Assembly: GCA_964016885.1 (NCBI GenBank)
Contig: OZ024757.1
Span: 5,890,001 to 5,954,000, forward strand
Origin: Eledone cirrhosa
Lineage: Eukaryota
DNA length: 64,000 nt
Direction of reading: 5' to 3'
Part shown: piece after piece, positions 50,915 to 64,000 of the stretch
Layout: every line of letters starts with the position of its first letter
Position numbering within the stretch: position 1 is the stretch's first letter
The notes under the pieces: model-generated
Database searches by the model: none
The model's input: the letters and a program-made list of their open reading frames with translations, nothing else
What the model was told of the DNA's origin: nothing
Made by a program: the position numbers and the translations under genes

Positions 50915-52400
50915 AAGGGGATGATCTGGAGAGGAGCAATTATAGGGGTATAAAACTGATGGATCGGGTTATGAAAGTGGCAGAAAGGATATTAGCACAA
51001 CTAATTAGAGAAAGGGTAAAACTAGATGAGATGCAGTTTGGTTTTGTGCCTGGGAAAAGTACAACAGATGCCCTCTTCTTGGTGAGACAATTGCAAGAGA
51101 AGTTCTTAGAGAAGAATAAGTCACTATACTCAGCCTTTGTTGACCTAGAGAAGGCCTTTGATAGGGTACCCCAATCCGTCATCTGGTGGTTCCTAAGGAA
51201 ACTAGGTGTTGAGGAATGGCTTGTGAGGACAGTGCAAACTGTGTACAGAGGTGTTGTCAGTAAAGTCATGGTGGGAATGGAGTTTAGTGAGGAATTCCAG
51301 ATACAAGTAGGAGTACATCAAGGTTCGGTTCTCAGCCTGCTCTTGTTCATTATAAGCCTCCAAGCCATAACAGAGGAGTTTAAGACTGGATGTCCATGGG
51401 AACTTCTCTATGCTGACGATCTGGTTCTTATAGCAGAATCAGTAGAGGAGATAGAGAATAAATTCTGGCTATGGAAACAGCAGTTGGAAGCAAGAGGACT
51501 GAGGGTGAACCTAGCTAAGACAAAAGTGTTGATGAGGAGAAAAGAGGACAAAACTCTGATTCCGTCAGGGAAATGGCCATGTTTGATATGCAGAAAAGAA
51601 CTGGCATAAATTCTATAAAATGCACACAATGCAGATCCTGGGTACACAAGAGATGTAGCGGAATAGCAGGCAAACTAACAGGTAGGGAGAAATATGTATG
51701 CAGTAGATGTACAGGGAAATTAGACAGTAGAAGTCGCATTGATAGACACATTTTTCAAATGCAGGAAGGCGCTATAGATGTGGTGGATAGCTTCCGGTAC
51801 CTAGGAGATCAGATTAGCATGGGATGAGGGTGGTCCAAGGCCATAGTGTCGAGAATAAGGACGGGTTGGAAGAAGTTTAGGGAGCTGCTTCCTCTGCTGG
51901 AGAAGAAAGGTTTCTCCCTGCGTACGAAAGGCCGGTTGTATGATGCCTGTGTGAGGAGCGCGATGCAGCATGGTAGTGAGACATGGGCAGCAACTGCAGA
52001 GGATATGTGATGGCTGGAGAGAAATGAGGCAAGCATGCTCCGTTGGTGTGCAGTGTAAATGTGCGTGAACGACTCAGCATGAATGTGTTGAGAGAGAAAC
52101 TGTGTCTGAGAGGGATAGAATGTAGTGTACGGGAGAGGAGACAGGTGGGATGGACATGTGATGCGCATGGAGGATGACCGATGGGTGAAGAATTGCCAGG
52201 AAATGCCAGTTGAAGGAAGACGTGGTAGAGGTAGACCACGAAAAACATGGGCGGAGGTGGTGAGAACAGACCTCAGATGATTGAAGCTCACGGTGGAGAT
52301 GACGAAGGACCGTGACGAGTGGAGAGATGCTGTGCTGAATAAGACCCATCCCACCCTTGCAATCAGGGAAAAACGAACGTAAAATGATGATGATGATGAT
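50915..52400 (+). mobile_element. RTE LINE family B, 5'-truncated, disabled
   Basis: ORF 50959-51609 with RT motifs; near-identical to 18290-19750. Confidence 0.95.
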
Positions 52401-52413
52401 ATATATATATATA

Positions 52414-52640
52414 TCATCATCAACACTGTTTTACGTCCGTTCTTCTATGCTAGCATGGGTTAGACGGGTTGTCCTGTTGTGGGCAGTGTCCGGTTGGTTG
52501 ACCTTGTCTTGCTCATACGGGAACTGATTCTGCCTTGATTTCTACAGCTGGATACCCTTCCTAACACCAACCTTATTTACACTGAGAGCTGGGTACTTTT
52601 CTTCCGTGGTGCCGACATGTCCACTTTATAGTGTGGGTTG
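52414..52640 (-). mobile_element. Isolated family-C-type 3' tail
   Basis: Reverse complement of ~55890-56100. Confidence 0.8.
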
Positions 52641-52721
52641 ATATATATATATAATATATATATATTATATATAATATATATATATATAACATATATATAT
52701 ATATAATATATATATTTCATA

Positions 52722-55700
52722 TACGAAGAGCAGGAGAAATCGTAGAAATGTTAGAGCGAGAGGAAATTGATGTATGCTGTGTGCAAGAGACTAGATGGAG
52801 AGGAGAGTCTGCCAGAGTCCTCGTTGGAAAAAGTCGGTGCTACAAATTTTTCTGGGTGGGAAATGACGATGGGATGGGTGGTGTAGGTATACTACTAGCT
52901 GACAAGTGGGTAGATAAAGTAATCTCAGTGTCCAGGGTAAATGCAAGAATCATTAAACTCAGACTAGTCCTGAATAAAACAATTACCACAATAATATCAG
53001 CTTACGCACCCCAATCGGGGCTGCCAGACGAACTTAAGGATAGGTTTTACGAGTCCCTAATGCACACTTCTGGTCTAACAGACGACAATGACTTCCTAAT
53101 CATCGCAGGAGATTTTAACGGACATGTAGGTAAACACTGTGACGGCTTCAATAGAGTACATGGAGGCCATGGGGTTGGCACAAGAAATGAGGAAGGATTC
53201 AGACTTCTAGAATTCTGCGACGCCAATGACATGTCGATATGTAACACAAACTTTAAAAGCCCGACAACCACCTGATCACCTATAGATCAGGGGAGCACTC
53301 TAGTCAGTTATATTTTATCCTCATCAGAGGACGTGACAGATGGACGGTCGTAAACACAAAAGCCTTCCCTAGTGAGGAATGTACATCCCAACATAGCTTA
53401 GTTGTCAGCGACCTCATGGTCAGAACTAGATGAACCTGGAAACAGAGGCCAACCTGGAGAAGAAAGATCTGGAAGCTGAAAGTCCCCTCAACCAGTAACA
53501 GATTTAAAGATATTTTACTCAACGCCTCCGACAGTAAAGAAGAACAGATAGAGACATTTAATGTAGAAGAGAACTGGGAGTTCCTAAAAAATAATTTATT
53601 AGAGGCGACGGATGAGGTCTGTGGCTGGAGTAAGACCTCAAGCAGGAGGTGAGTGACTTGGTGGTGGAACAATAAGGTAGATGAAGCAGTTAAGGCCAAG
53701 AGACAGGCATGGAAAGAATGGAAGAACGGGGGGAGCAGGGTACATTACATAGAGACCAAGAGGGAAGCTAGGCGACAAGTATACTTAGCTAGGAGGGAAG
53801 CAGAGGATAGAAAATTCAAGCATGTTTTGCAACGTGAGGGCCAGAAACAGGAGGTATTCAAGATTGCGAGGCAGTGTGTCAGAGATAGTTGTGATGTCAT
53901 TGGAGAGAAGTGTATCCGGAATGATAAAGGTGAGCTTGCCCTCACAAGTGCTGAGAAGAAAGATGCATGGAAGAGTCATTATGATAGATTACTAAATGAG
54001 GAGAATGCATGGGAAGAAGAGACCCTACCCCAAGTAGACCCTATAGAGGGGCCAGCAGTACAAGTCGGCAGCAATGTAGTAAGTAAGGCAATCAAAGATA
54101 TGAAGATGGGGAAGGCAACCGGCCCATCGGGTATAGCTGCCGAGATGCTGAAGGCATCTGGGTCTGTAGGTCACACTATAACCACACGTATTGTTAACCA
54201 GGTAATACTAGAAGGTGTCATACCAAAAGATTGGTGCAGTAGCATCATTGTCAACTGCTACAAAGGTAAAGGCGATGCACTAGATGGAGGAAAATATAGA
54301 GGTATAAAGTTGATGGACCAGGTATTGAAAGTAACAGAAAGAGTTATAGCACAGTTGATTAGGGACCGGGTGGAAATAGATGAGATGCAATTTGGGTTTG
54401 TACCAGGAAGAGGCACCACTGATGCCCTCTTCCTTGTGAGGCAATTACAGGAAAAGTACCTAGCTAAAAGTAAGCCACTCTACTTGGCATTTGTTGACCT
54501 TGAGAAAGCCTGTGACAGAGTTCCACGTGCTGTAATCTGGTGGGCTCTTAGAAAACTAGGAGTAGATGAATGGCTTGTGAAAGCAGTACAAGCAATGTAT
54601 AGGGGAGCAGTCAGCAAAGTTAGGATTAGCAATGAGTATAGCGAGGAATTTAGCGTACAGGTTGGGGTCCACCAGGGCTCTGTTCTTAGCCCCCTCCTGT
54701 TCATGATATTCCTGCAGGCAATAACGGAGGAGTTTAAGACCGGATGCCCATGGGAACTCCTGTATGCTGATGGCCTCACACTCATAGCTGAATCTATGGT
54801 AGAACTAGAGAATAAATTCCAAACTTGGAAGCAGGGACTAGAAAGAAAGGGTCTCAAAGTCAACATGACAAAGACTCAGGTCCTTGTAAGTAGACGAGAA
54901 AACAGAACCCAGATCCCCTCAGGGAAATGGCCTTGCTCAGTATGTAGGAAAGGTGTAGGTAGGAACTCCATTCTCTGCCCCAAATGCAAACAATGGGTAC
55001 ACAAGAGATGTAGCGGGATCTCAGGAAGCTTAATTAAGAATGTAGGCTTCACATCCCCCAAATGCAAACAATGGGTACACAAGAGATGTAGCGGGATCTC
55101 AGGAAGCTTAAGTAAGAATGTAGGCTTCACATGCAGCAGCTGTGCTGGGACAGCAAGCAGCAAACAGCCACAGGAAACAAGTACCACCAATCTCTGGGAG
55201 GGCTCTGTAGAAACAGTAGACAGCTTCTGCTACCTAGGTGACCGAATTAGCAGCGGAGGTGGGTGTTCAGAAAGTACAATAACTAGGGTAAGAACGGGAT
55301 GGAAGAAGTTTAGGGATCTACTACCACTGCTAGCTGCAAAAGGCTTCTCCCTCAGAATGAAAGGCAGAGTGTATGATGCGTGTATCCGAACAGCAATGTT
55401 GCATGGTAGTGAGACCTGGGCGCTGAAGGTGGAAGACTTACGTAGATTAGAGAGAAACGAAGCCTGCATGCTCCGATGGATGTGTAACAGTAATATACGT
55501 GAACGACAAAGCATAAACGAATTGAGAGAGAGACTGAGCATAAGTGGAATCAAATGCTGTGTGCAGGAGAGGCGGTTGCGCTGGTATGGACATGTGATGC
55601 GTATGAAGGATGACAGCTGCATAAAAAGGTGCAGAGCACAAGAAGTTGATGGAAACCGCGGAGTGGGGGAGACCCAAGATGACCTGGGATGAGGTGATAA

Positions 55701-56102
55701 AAGCCGACCTTACCCAATTACACCTCTCAAAGGCAATGACACACGACCGTGACTTCTGGCGTCCCGCAGTAATACAGAGTACCCGACCTCCCATGGGTAC
55801 AAGCTGAAGCATATAGACAATATGCCCCCACACCCCCCACCGCAAGGTGGTCGTGGAGGTGCCACGGCAAAAAAGCACCAGCTCACACTGTAAAGTGGAC
55901 GTGTAGGCACCACGAAAAAGCACCCGGCACTCACTGTAAATGAGGTTGGTGTTAGGAAGGGCATCCAGCTGTAGAAATCAAGCCAAATCAGTTGCTGTAT
56001 GAGCAAGGCATGGTCAGCCGACCAGACACTGCCCACAACAGGACAACCCGTCTAACCCATGCTAGCGTGGAAGAACGGACGTATAATGGTGATGATGATG
56101 AT
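52722..56102 (+). mobile_element. Near full-length RTE LINE (family C): APE endonuclease + RT, disabled
   Basis: CCVQETRW, SAYAPQ and AGDFNGHVG (52748-53275); RT ORF 53653-55692 with YADD mutated to YADG; stops and frameshifts at 53260-53652; (gat)n tail. Confidence 0.96.
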
Positions 56103-56160
56103 ATAATATATATAACATATATATATATATATAATATAATATATATATATCTATATATAT

Positions 56161-56608
56161 CTGAGAGACAGACTGAGCATCAGAGGAATCAAATGCTGTG
56201 TGCAGGAGAGGCGGTTGCGTTGGTATGGACATGTGATGTGTATGAAGGATGACAGCTGCATAAAAAGGTGTAGAGCACTAGAAGTCGATGGAATCCGGGG
56301 AGACCCAAGAAGACCTGGGATGAGGTAATAAAAGCCGACCTTACCCAATTACACCTCTCGGACAATATGCCCCCTCACCCCCCATTGCGAGGTGGTCGTG
56401 GAGGTGCCACGGCAAAAAAGCACCCAGCCCACACTGTAAATGAGGTTGGTGTTAGGAAGGGCATCCAGCTGTAGAAATCAAGCCAAATCAGTTCCTTTAT
56501 GAGCAAGGAATGGTCAGCCGACCAGACACTGCCCACAGCAGGACAACCCATCTAACCCATGCTAGCGTGGAAGAACGGACGTAATACGGTGATGATGATG
56601 ATGATGAT
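56161..56608 (+). mobile_element. Second, deleted copy of the family C 3' end
   Basis: Repeats ~55525-56100 with internal deletions. Confidence 0.88.
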
Positions 56609-56798
56609 ATCTAAAATAGAGAATGCCTAAAACTGAAGAACCACCCAACCAATTGCCTTCAAACTTTATGTAATATTTATAGTCCTGTGGGTGTTTTGAG
56701 GAGAAAAATTTCAAGTTTTCAATGCCCTAGGGACCGCATTAGGCGATTTAGCGATCTCCGGGCCATTCTGCTAGTAATATATATATATAATATATATG

Positions 56799-57002
56799 AC
56801 TTAGTGGTTAGAGCATTGGGCTTGTAATTGAAAGGTTGTGAGTTCAATTCTCGGACTGGGTGATGTGTTATGTCCTTGAGCAAGACACTTTATTTCACGT
56901 TGCTCCTTCTACCTGGATTGTGACCAATAGATAGTATTAGCAATTGGAAAGACCAATGGAAACATTATTTCTTCGGTCCAATTTGACGAAAGTCGATCGA
57001 CT
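56799..57002 (+). mobile_element. tRNA-headed SINE of a third tail type
   Basis: Head and core, then gatagtattagcaattggaaagaccaatggaaaca..; inverted copy at 61835-62047. Confidence 0.75.
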
Positions 57003-57199
57003 GACGATATATATATGTATATATATATATTATACATATATATATAATATATATATATATATGTGTCACTTGCTGGATCTGCTAGAAGGACCCAGATAAT
57101 ATAAGATGTTCTCCCAGCTGTATCATATACTGCAAATCTATGCAGATGTATACACATATATACACAAACACATAAAGATACACTTGTAATTATACACAC

Positions 57200-57720
57200 A
57201 TTGAAGTGGTTGATAGCTTCTGTGACTTAATTAGCAGTGGAGGATGACTGTATAACACCTGCCAATAAAATATGATGCTGCATGGTAGTGAAACAAGGGC
57301 TGTGACAACAGAAAAAATGTGTAGACTGGAGAGGAATGAAGCAACCATGCTTCATTGGATGTGCCATTTAAGTGTGAGAGAAAGGCAGAGCTTGGACAAG
57401 TTGAGAGAGAAGCTGGGTTTAAGAGGGAACTTATGAGATGTGTAAGAGAGAAGACTGCATTGGTATGGACATGTGATACACATAGATAATGACAGCTGGG
57501 TGAAGAAGTGCCAGGACATCCCAGTAGAAGGAAGCCATAGTAGAGGTAGACCAAGAAAGACCTGGACAGAGGCTGTGTGAACTGACTTCAAATAACTGAC
57601 TCTCACAGAGGAGATGAAAAGGAACAAGTTCAAATATGCCATGTTGAGAAGGACATGTCCAACCCAAGCAAACATGGAAAAACGAACATAAAAACAGTGA
57701 TGATGTTGATGAAGATGACG
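57200..57720 (+). mobile_element. Old RTE LINE 3' end
   Basis: gctgcatggtagtgaaaca..tggtatggacatgtg..agaggtagaccaagaaagacctgg..tail. Confidence 0.8.
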
Positions 57721-57769
57721 TACATATACACACATACGTAATAAATAAATCAAATACAGATATGCACAG

Positions 57770-58108
57770 TGGAGGCACATGGCTTAGTGGTTAGAGCATT
57801 GGCCTTGCAATCGAAAGGTTGTGAGTTCAATTCTCAGACCGTGTGATGTGTTGTTTCCTTGAGCAAGACACTTTATTTCACATTGCTCCAGTTTACTCAG
57901 CTGTAGAAATGAGATGATAGGGAGGGGGGGGTTCATATCATTCCACTGCAAAGTGGTCATGAAGGTGCCACGGCAAAAAAGCACCCAACACTCACTGTAA
58001 ATGAGGTTGGTGTTAGGAAGGGCATCCAGCTGTAGAAATCAAGCCAGAATCAGTTCAGTCCCACCCTTGCAAGCAGAGAAAAGCTGACGTGAAATGATGA
58101 TGATGATT
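57770..58108 (+). mobile_element. Full-length tRNA-headed SINE
   Basis: Same family as 50551-50896. Confidence 0.93.
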
Positions 58109-58319
58109 ATGATATGCACATACTTATATACAAACATATACATGGACACAAATTTCTACACACATACATTCACATATATGTAGCATATGTCAATTCTGAA
58201 CAATACAGTTTTGTCAGCACAAGTCTTGGTTATAACTTCTACAAATAAAATGAAAGGAGAAGAATTTTTTAGTAAAACAGTTTTATTCAAAATATTAACA
58301 ACATTGGTGGCACTATTTT

Positions 58320-60846
<2,527 letters not shown>

Positions 60847-61574
60847 AATAATTTTATCTCCAACAGAATATACTTGTAATATTTTTTACATTATATTCTT
60901 AAAAAATATATCTTCTATATTTCCCTCAACTGTGATTTCAGTTAATAGTCTTCAAATGATTATAAATAGAGGTGATGTCTCCGATATTGAATATAATAAT
61001 GTATTCCAATGTCATCTGGTATTCTGAAATAAGAAAGAAACAGTATGAGATAATACAGAATACTTAAGAAGCAGAGATAGATTTAACAGTGGAAATTTTA
61101 TATTTCTATATTGGTAAACTGTAGATATCAACTTTCCTGTCCAGAGTAATTCTCTCCAATGCAAACAGTAGTATTCCACCATGCTCTATAAATGTTATCC
61201 TTCTATCTCTAGAGAGGTCTGCTCTATGGCAGTTTAGTGAAAAATTCATTCTGATAGGACACTCTAATATAGCAATCATCTCCTCTCCTGGTGACATGTC
61301 AACACCAGTTTAACTTCCATCTTTTTATTAGTAGGAGTCAATTGTTCCTCTACATCTTTTTCTTACTACTTTTCTATCTTTCTCTGGGAGAAATCGGCTG
61401 TGTTTAGACCAGGAGTTACGAGTCTATATGAATCCATACAATATCTGATTTCACTTGAAGTTATATTCAGATCTCAATTGTGTTCAGATGAGAGAGGTGA
61501 TGGGCTCCATCAGGTTTTAAAATATGCCCGAGAAATACTGTATGTCACTTAGTGTACCCCTACGACTCCACCAG

Positions 61575-62235
61575 TGTTTCATTTGTTGAGGACTAGATCT
61601 GGGTTAGCCAGCCAAGTATCAGTAGAAGGGAAAACAGGGCCCTGATCCCCTCAGAAAAATGGCCTTGCTCAGTGTGCTAGAAAGGTGTAGGTAGAAATTC
61701 CATTCTCTGTCCAAAATACAAACAATGGGTACACAAGAGATGTAGTGGGATCTCAGGTAGGTTAGCTAAGACTATTGGTTTTACATGTGGCCATTGCACA
61801 GGAGCAGTAAGCAGCAAACATTCACAGGAAGCAACGATTGACTTTCGTCAAATTGGACCGAGGAAACAATGTTTCCATTGGTCTTTCCAATTGCTAATAC
61901 TATCTTTCAGTCAACTCCAGGTAGAAGGAGCAATGTGAAATAAAATGTCTTGCTCAAGGACATAACGCATCACCAGGTCAGTGAATCGAACTCACAACCT
62001 CACGATTGCGAATCCAATTCTCTAACCACTCAGCCACACGCCTTCACAGGAAACAAGCTCTAACAAACTGTTAGAGGTAGACAGCTTCTGTTACCTGGGT
62101 GATGATATCATCAGTGGAAGTGGGTGTTCTGAAAGTAGAGCAGCCTGAGTGAACATGGAATGGAAAAGGTTCAGGATGCTACTACCATGGCAACTTACTA
62201 AAGGCTTTTTCTTCAAAACAAAGGGCAGGTTGAAT
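61575..62235 (+). mobile_element. Old RTE fragment with a nested minus-strand SINE (61835-62047)
   Basis: aaatggccttgctcagtg..tgggtacacaagagatgtagtggg..; ttcacaggaa is duplicated on both sides of the SINE (TSD). Confidence 0.8.
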
Positions 62236-62256
62236 AATGTGTGTATACGAACAGTT

Positions 62257-62311
<55 letters not shown>

Positions 62312-62341
62312 ATTGTGTGTATATGTATATATATATATACA

Positions 62342-62790
62342 TTAAGACAATGTCACTGGACTGAGATCTTTGGCGCTTCTCAGTAATACAGAAGACCCGC
62401 CTTGCTTATGTACAAAGCGAAACCTACAGTCAGTAGGCACTCCTTAACTAAATATACACCCCCGTCCCCCTACCCCCACCCCATCAACACCAACCTTTCT
62501 CTGTAAAGTTATGTTGGTACCACAACATCCAGTCCTAAATAAATGAGGTCGTGTAGGTGTCACAACAAAAGAACACTCAGTCCACGCTGTAATGTGGCCA
62601 TGTAGGTAACATGGTAAAAACCTCCCAGTCCACACTGTAAACGGGGTTGGTGTTAGGAAGGATATCCAGCCATAGAAAACCTGCCATCTAGTCCTTTACA
62701 AGTGAGATATGGTCACCCGACCAATCTTGCCTCAACTAAACCCAGGCTAGCGTGGAAGGTAGACATTAAACGATGATGATGATGATGACA
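62342..62790 (+). mobile_element. RTE family A 3' end and UTR
   Basis: Matches 45933-46410. Confidence 0.88.
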
Positions 62791-62844
62791 AGCAATATAC
62801 ATAATCTAAATAGAATGGTATAATGAAAGCATATAATGTAGGTA

Positions 62845-63588
62845 CAGCAGTATTCTCATAAATTGCTACAAAGGTAAAGGGGATGCTCTAGAGAGGAGCA
62901 ATTATAGGGGCATAAAGCTGATGGATCAGGTTATGAAAGTGGCAGAGAGAGTATTAGCGCAGCTGATTAGAGAAAGGGTCAATTTAGATGAGATGCAGTT
63001 TGGTTTTGTGCCTCGGAAAATTACAACAGAAGCGCTCTTCATAGTGAGGTAACTACAAGAGAGGTTCTTAGAGAAGAATAAGTCACTATACTTAGCTCTT
63101 GTTGACCTTGAGAGGGCTTTTGATAGGGTACCCTAATCTGTCATCTGGTGGTCCCTAAGGAAACTAGGTGTAGAGGAATGGCTTGTGAGGACAGTGCAAG
63201 CTATGTACAGGGGTGCTGTCAGTAAAGTGAGGGTAGGAATGGAGTTTAGTGAGGAATTCCAGATACAAGTAGGTGTACATCAAGGTTCGGGCTTCAGCCC
63301 ACTCTTGTTCGTTATAAGCCTCCAAGCCATAACAGAGGGGTTTAAGACTGGATGCCCATGGGAACTTCTCTATGCTGATGATCTGGTTCTTATAGCAGAA
63401 TCAGTAGAGGGGTTAGAGAATAAATTCTGGCTATGGAAACAGCAGTTGGAATCAAGAGGCCTGAGAGTGAACATAGCTTAAACAAAAGTGTTGATGAGTA
63501 GAAAAGAGGATAAAACTCTGATTCCATCAGGGAAATGGCCATGTTCGATATATAGGAAAGAAAGTGGCATAAATTCCATAAAATGTAC
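62845..63588 (+). mobile_element. RTE family B RT fragment
   Basis: ORF 63185-63481 with GVHQGS and LLYADD. Confidence 0.9.
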
Positions 63589-63635
63589 GTAAAAGAATAT
63601 CATACATACGTGTATATTCATATATTGTATTTATC

Positions 63636-64000
63636 CTCATCATAATTTAAACTCCAATTTACATGCTAGCATGGGTCAGACGAGTTGTCTTATTGTGTGA
63701 AAACTTAGATCAAATAACCCTGCCTTGCTCATGCAAGAACCATTTCTGGTTGGATTGTACGGCTGGATGCCCTTCCTAACTCCAACCACATTTACAGGGT
63801 GGACTTGGTATTTATTGTTGTGTTGCTAACTTGACCAACCTACAGGGTGGACTGGGTGCTTTTTGCTGCTCTTTGTCATGTCACCAATTTGAAGGGTGGT
63901 TCGGGTCCCTTCAGTCTTGCCACTAGCATGACCACTTTACAGGGTGGGCTAGGGGCCTCCTGTCATGTCTACATCACTGGGTGCTTATTTGTCATGTCAC
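63636..64000 (-). mobile_element. RTE/SINE-type 3' tail with tandem units, running off the window
   Basis: catgctagcatggg..ggctggatgcccttcctaac..(ttacagggtggactgggtg)n. Confidence 0.75.

Overview
Eukaryotic, AT-rich, repeat-dense animal genomic DNA, most likely an octopod cephalopod. This is inferred from the [21 protein letters not shown] zinc-finger style, the abundant RTE LINEs and tRNA-headed SINEs, and the long (TA)n tracts. Host genes: (i) the 5' half of a kinesin-6 (KIF20A/B-like) gene on the minus strand, with six coding exons that splice in frame (10410->3887) and a candidate CCAAT/CHR-type promoter near 12.5 kb; (ii) two paralogous C2H2 zinc-finger loci on the minus strand, one with a 240-aa, 7-finger ORF (28021-28743) and one frameshifted pseudogene (~58.3-60.8 kb). 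The rest is mostly mobile DNA: several RTE-clade LINE families with a PHD-like finger inside the RT region, SINEs sharing their 3' tail, a CR1-type LINE split by a solo LTR with a perfect 4-bp TSD, a DD37D (maT) Tc1/mariner relic, MITEs, Penelope-like remnants, and many micro/minisatellites. The most striking hidden structure is a set of minimal hammerhead-ribozyme motifs, including a ~310-bp near-perfect inverted repeat (16748-17057) with one hammerhead on each strand. Most long ORFs in the supplied track (Y/I/M/C/V-rich, His-rich) are artefacts of simple repeats. All calls are by eye; no searches were run.
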